This document shows, piece by piece, positions 17,159 to 20,000 of a stretch of DNA of 20,000 nt (within the stretch, counting starts at the first letter, position 1; the number at the start of each line of letters is the position of its first letter). The notes below the pieces were generated by a model. It was given only the letters and a program-made list of their open reading frames with translations. It made no database searches and was not told where the DNA came from. Position numbers and translations under genes: made by a program. The DNA comes from an uncultured virus (IMG/VR IMGVR_UViG_3300030294_000026) (Duplodnaviria; Heunggongvirae; Uroviricota; Caudoviricetes). Location: positions 53,663 to 73,662 of IMG/VR virus record IMGVR_UViG_3300030294_000026, one strand, 5' to 3'.

Positions 17159-18637
17159 GTGATGAAAAAATTGAATACATTGAGAAAAATAAATTTAAAA
17201 GATGGCGAAGTATTGCACTCATCAACTTTTGATATAATAAATGAAAATTTTGAATCAATGATAAATACTATCAACAACAGTTATTTATCTAATATTTCAT
17301 TAGAATCAGAAATAATATGGAAAAATCAATCAAATGGCAAAGAGCCTATATACTCAAGTCCAATACTAAAAACATTATCAACAGGAGTTAAAGCCTTAAT
17401 ATACACTAGTTGGGACTGGTATATTTATTGTAGAAATGCAAATACAGGTGAACTCATTTGGCGTTATGCTACAGGTGATGTCTGTTATGGACGTTGCCAA
17501 GCCGAAGATGTAAATAATGATGGTAAAATAGAGATATTTGGAGCTTCACATGATGGTACTATTTACTGTTTAAGTGAAAGTGGTACTCTACTTTGGTCAT
17601 TTAAAAACCTTTACGATAGAGAAGGAATTGGTGAAGTTAAAACTGCTGGAAGTTATTTTTTAGAAGACACAACTAAATCGTGGGTAGCTAATTCATTTAT
17701 ACGAGGAGTTCAAGGACTCAACGCAAGTGTTCAAATAACAAGTGGAACTGGTAATGGTCAAATATTAGAGATATCTGGAGTTGAATCAAATAAATTATGG
17801 TTCTATGACAATTGGACAACTGTTCCCGACAGTACAAGTACGTATAAAATTATACCCAAGTATACAAGCGATATAAATTATCAACATTGTGGAACATTGA
17901 GTGAAGAAGATACAGTTTACTATCTATATATAACTGGATTTGACGGACAATTAGTTAAAATTAAAGCTAGTGATGGACGTTTAATATTTAAAAAGTCTAT
18001 CCTTGAAGGTATCGAACCTTACCCTATAGTTTTAGATGTAAATAATGATGGTATTTTAGAAGTTTTAATTAACTGTTTAGATAAACATGTATATTGCTTA
18101 AAAGCTACTGATGGTTCGGTTGTATGGTCTACCTCTTTTGTTGAGGGTAATGACAGTTTCTTATCTGTAAAAGATATTGATAATGACGGTATTTTAGAAG
18201 TATTAGTATCTAGTAGGGATAATAGAGTTTACATACTAAATGGAAATACAGGAGTGGTAAAAAATTATACCAAGGATGTAGGTGGAGATATAGATTGTCG
18301 TCCGTTAGTTGAAAATTCATTAGATGGTTTTGTATGTGGAAGTGATACTGGTTATATTTGTGGATATGATAAGACTGGTGAATGTGAATGGGTTTACAAA
18401 GCTATGGATTCTACTAATACAAGTATGATATCAGCAATATTAAATGAAAGTTTGATATTAATTCAAGGAGATCAGATTGGAGGTCTTCATTTCTTAAATG
18501 TAAATGGAAAACTCATAAAACAAATGTGTATTCGAGGTGGAATAGAAGGAACGCCATGTATAGAGCAATATGATAGGTATTTTATCTTATATATTACAAC
18601 AATTGAAGGATGGACATATGCAATTAAAATATCATAA
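17159..18637 (+). CDS. PQQ-like/FG-GAP beta-propeller protein, probably virion-associated
   Basis: DVNNDGKIEI, DVNNDGILEV, DIDNDGILEV Ca-binding motifs; A.TGELIW and ATDGSVVW blade motifs; true start may be TTG 17171 behind GAAGGTGA. Confidence 0.8.
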   Translation: MMKKLNTLRKINLKDGEVLHSSTFDIINENFESMINTINNSYLSNISLESEIIWKNQSNGKEPIYSSPILKTLSTGVKALIYTSWDWYIYCRNANTGELIWRYATGDVCYGRCQAEDVNNDGKIEIFGASHDGTIYCLSESGTLLWSFKNLYDREGIGEVKTAGSYFLEDTTKSWVANSFIRGVQGLNASVQITSGTGNGQILEISGVESNKLWFYDNWTTVPDSTSTYKIIPKYTSDINYQHCGTLSEEDTVYYLYITGFDGQLVKIKASDGRLIFKKSILEGIEPYPIVLDVNNDGILEVLINCLDKHVYCLKATDGSVVWSTSFVEGNDSFLSVKDIDNDGILEVLVSSRDNRVYILNGNTGVVKNYTKDVGGDIDCRPLVENSLDGFVCGSDTGYICGYDKTGECEWVYKAMDSTNTSMISAILNESLILIQGDQIGGLHFLNVNGKLIKQMCIRGGIEGTPCIEQYDRYFILYITTIEGWTYAIKIS

Positions 18638-18662
18638 AAATAATAAATTATATTATTACGTA

Positions 18663-18696
18663 AATAAAAGACTTAGAGAAATCTAGGTCTTTTATT
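18663..18696 (+). terminator. intrinsic, probably bidirectional, terminator
   Basis: AATAAAAGACTTAGA-GAAA-TCTAGGTCTTTTATT. Confidence 0.8.
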
Positions 18697-18732
18697 ATAT
18701 AAAAAATAAAATATGAAAGGAATGATTTAATT

Positions 18733-20000
18733 ATGTCAGATATAATTTTAGACCAATTAAATTTAAAGACGGGGGACATAGTAACACAAGCAGTTATAGA
18801 TACTATTGATGAAAATACAACTAAAACTCAAGATGCAATTAATTCAAATTCAGATAAACTTGGAGATTTAACTGGAAATGGATTAACAGAAACAGATTTA
18901 GCGACTGCAATTAAAAATGACCGTTCACAATTGTCCAAAAATGTGCAACAAATAAGGACTACTCAAAATAATCCTACTAATTATAGTGGTGCGATAGTTA
19001 CATTTATTGATGATGATGCAACTTGGCTTTACCCCCAATGGTGGGATTCTATTTTATCCAATAAAAATATTAATATAACTTTAGCTACCATAACTAGTAA
19101 AGTTGGTACTGGTGGGTATATGACTTTACAACAATTAAAAGATAGACAAGCACAAGGTAATGATATAGTTTCACATTCTGAAACACATTCTGACTTTGGA
19201 ACATTAACTCCAACACAGGCTGATACAGAATGCAAAAACTCACAACAATGGCTAAAAGATAACAACTTTGATGGATATGATACTTTTGTATATCCTGGTG
19301 GTTTGTTATCAACCAATGTTGCACTTAAAAATGTAACAAGAAAATATTATACGCATGGTGTTGCTACATGGGATGCTGATAATATACATGTAAATACTAT
19401 GCCAGTAGACAACTGGGCATTAAAAAGAATATTTATTGCTACCAACACATTAGACCAATTAAAATTGGCAGTTGACAATGCTAATGCTAATAATCAATGG
19501 CTTATAGTATTATCACATTCAGCAGACTTTGTTCAAGCAGATTCAGACAAAATAAGCAGTTTTATAGATTATGTAAAAGGTAAAAATATACCTATATTAA
19601 AATTTAGCGAAGCTGTAAAATACAAAGGAAATGCGGTAGCTTTAGGAGAATATACAGATTCTAGTAGTACATTTATAGGTATTAACGGTTCAATTAAATC
19701 ACCAATTAAAGTGCCTATGTCAGTTAATAGCGCTACTGCTTCAAATTCAATGGATGCAGTTATTAGTACTTACCCAAAAGATGTATTTACAACAAAAGTT
19801 TTAGATGGTGATACTGATACTTGCATTCACAATGGTGGTATCATGACTGTCTTTAGAAGTTCGGCACATGATTTATATACACGTGCTTTATTTTATCCAT
19901 ATCAATATAATAGGGTGTATTCAAGACGTTGGGATTTTACTAATTTAGTATGGCTACCTTGGGAAAGGGTTGATAAAACAGATATAGCGTTAACAGTTGA
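18733..20000 (+). CDS. tail-associated polysaccharide deacetylase (NodB/CE4) protein, 3' truncated by the window edge
   Basis: Absent from the ORF track because there is no stop in the window; GAAAGGA RBS, MSDIILDQLNLKTGD...; CE4 motifs TFIDDD (19000-19017), SHSETH (19171-19188), YPGG (19291), LSH (19510); then a knob-like YSRRW..WLPWE. Confidence 0.85.
   Translation, partial: MSDIILDQLNLKTGDIVTQAVIDTIDENTTKTQDAINSNSDKLGDLTGNGLTETDLATAIKNDRSQLSKNVQQIRTTQNNPTNYSGAIVTFIDDDATWLYPQWWDSILSNKNINITLATITSKVGTGGYMTLQQLKDRQAQGNDIVSHSETHSDFGTLTPTQADTECKNSQQWLKDNNFDGYDTFVYPGGLLSTNVALKNVTRKYYTHGVATWDADNIHVNTMPVDNWALKRIFIATNTLDQLKLAVDNANANNQWLIVLSHSADFVQADSDKISSFIDYVKGKNIPILKFSEAVKYKGNAVALGEYTDSSSTFIGINGSIKSPIKVPMSVNSATASNSMDAVISTYPKDVFTTKVLDGDTDTCIHNGGIMTVFRSSAHDLYTRALFYPYQYNRVYSRRWDFTNLVWLPWERVDKTDIALTV

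Noticed and set aside
19029..19324. Two minus-strand ORFs (95 and 76 aa)
   Set aside because: They overlap the + strand CE4 deacetylase frame (18733 onward), which carries all catalytic motifs
1..20000. DGR template repeat, reverse transcriptase, CRISPR array or IS element
   Set aside because: No second copy of 16021-16194, no RT motifs, no regularly spaced repeats and no transposase found by eye

Overview
AT-rich (roughly 28% GC by eye) Firmicute phage or prophage DNA, most consistent with a large Clostridium-type tailed phage. Positions 1-3410 are an accessory (moron) block inside the tail region: a self-promoted hypothetical gene, a candidate type I toxin-antitoxin locus, a free-standing GIY-YIG homing endonuclease with four NUMOD1-like repeats behind a structured RNA leader, and a small membrane protein. 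Positions 3440-20000 are the tail module on the + strand: probable tail chaperone, 2063-aa tape measure, small OB-fold-like protein, hub-like protein, 895-aa Ig/FN3 plus C-type-lectin-like protein, tail fibre, second tail-tip protein, FG-GAP/PQQ beta-propeller, and a CE4 polysaccharide deacetylase tail protein running off the right edge. The main unusual signals are: (1) the last ~170 nt of the tail fibre are A-depleted and GC-rich, like a DGR variable region, with no template repeat or RT in the window; (2) an apparently circularly permuted DUF6273-like lectin domain ends the 895-aa protein; (3) a three-way-junction RNA leader has a loop that can pair with either a decoy or the endonuclease RBS; (4) a convergent toxin/antisense pair. 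Family assignments come from motif recognition by eye, not database searches.
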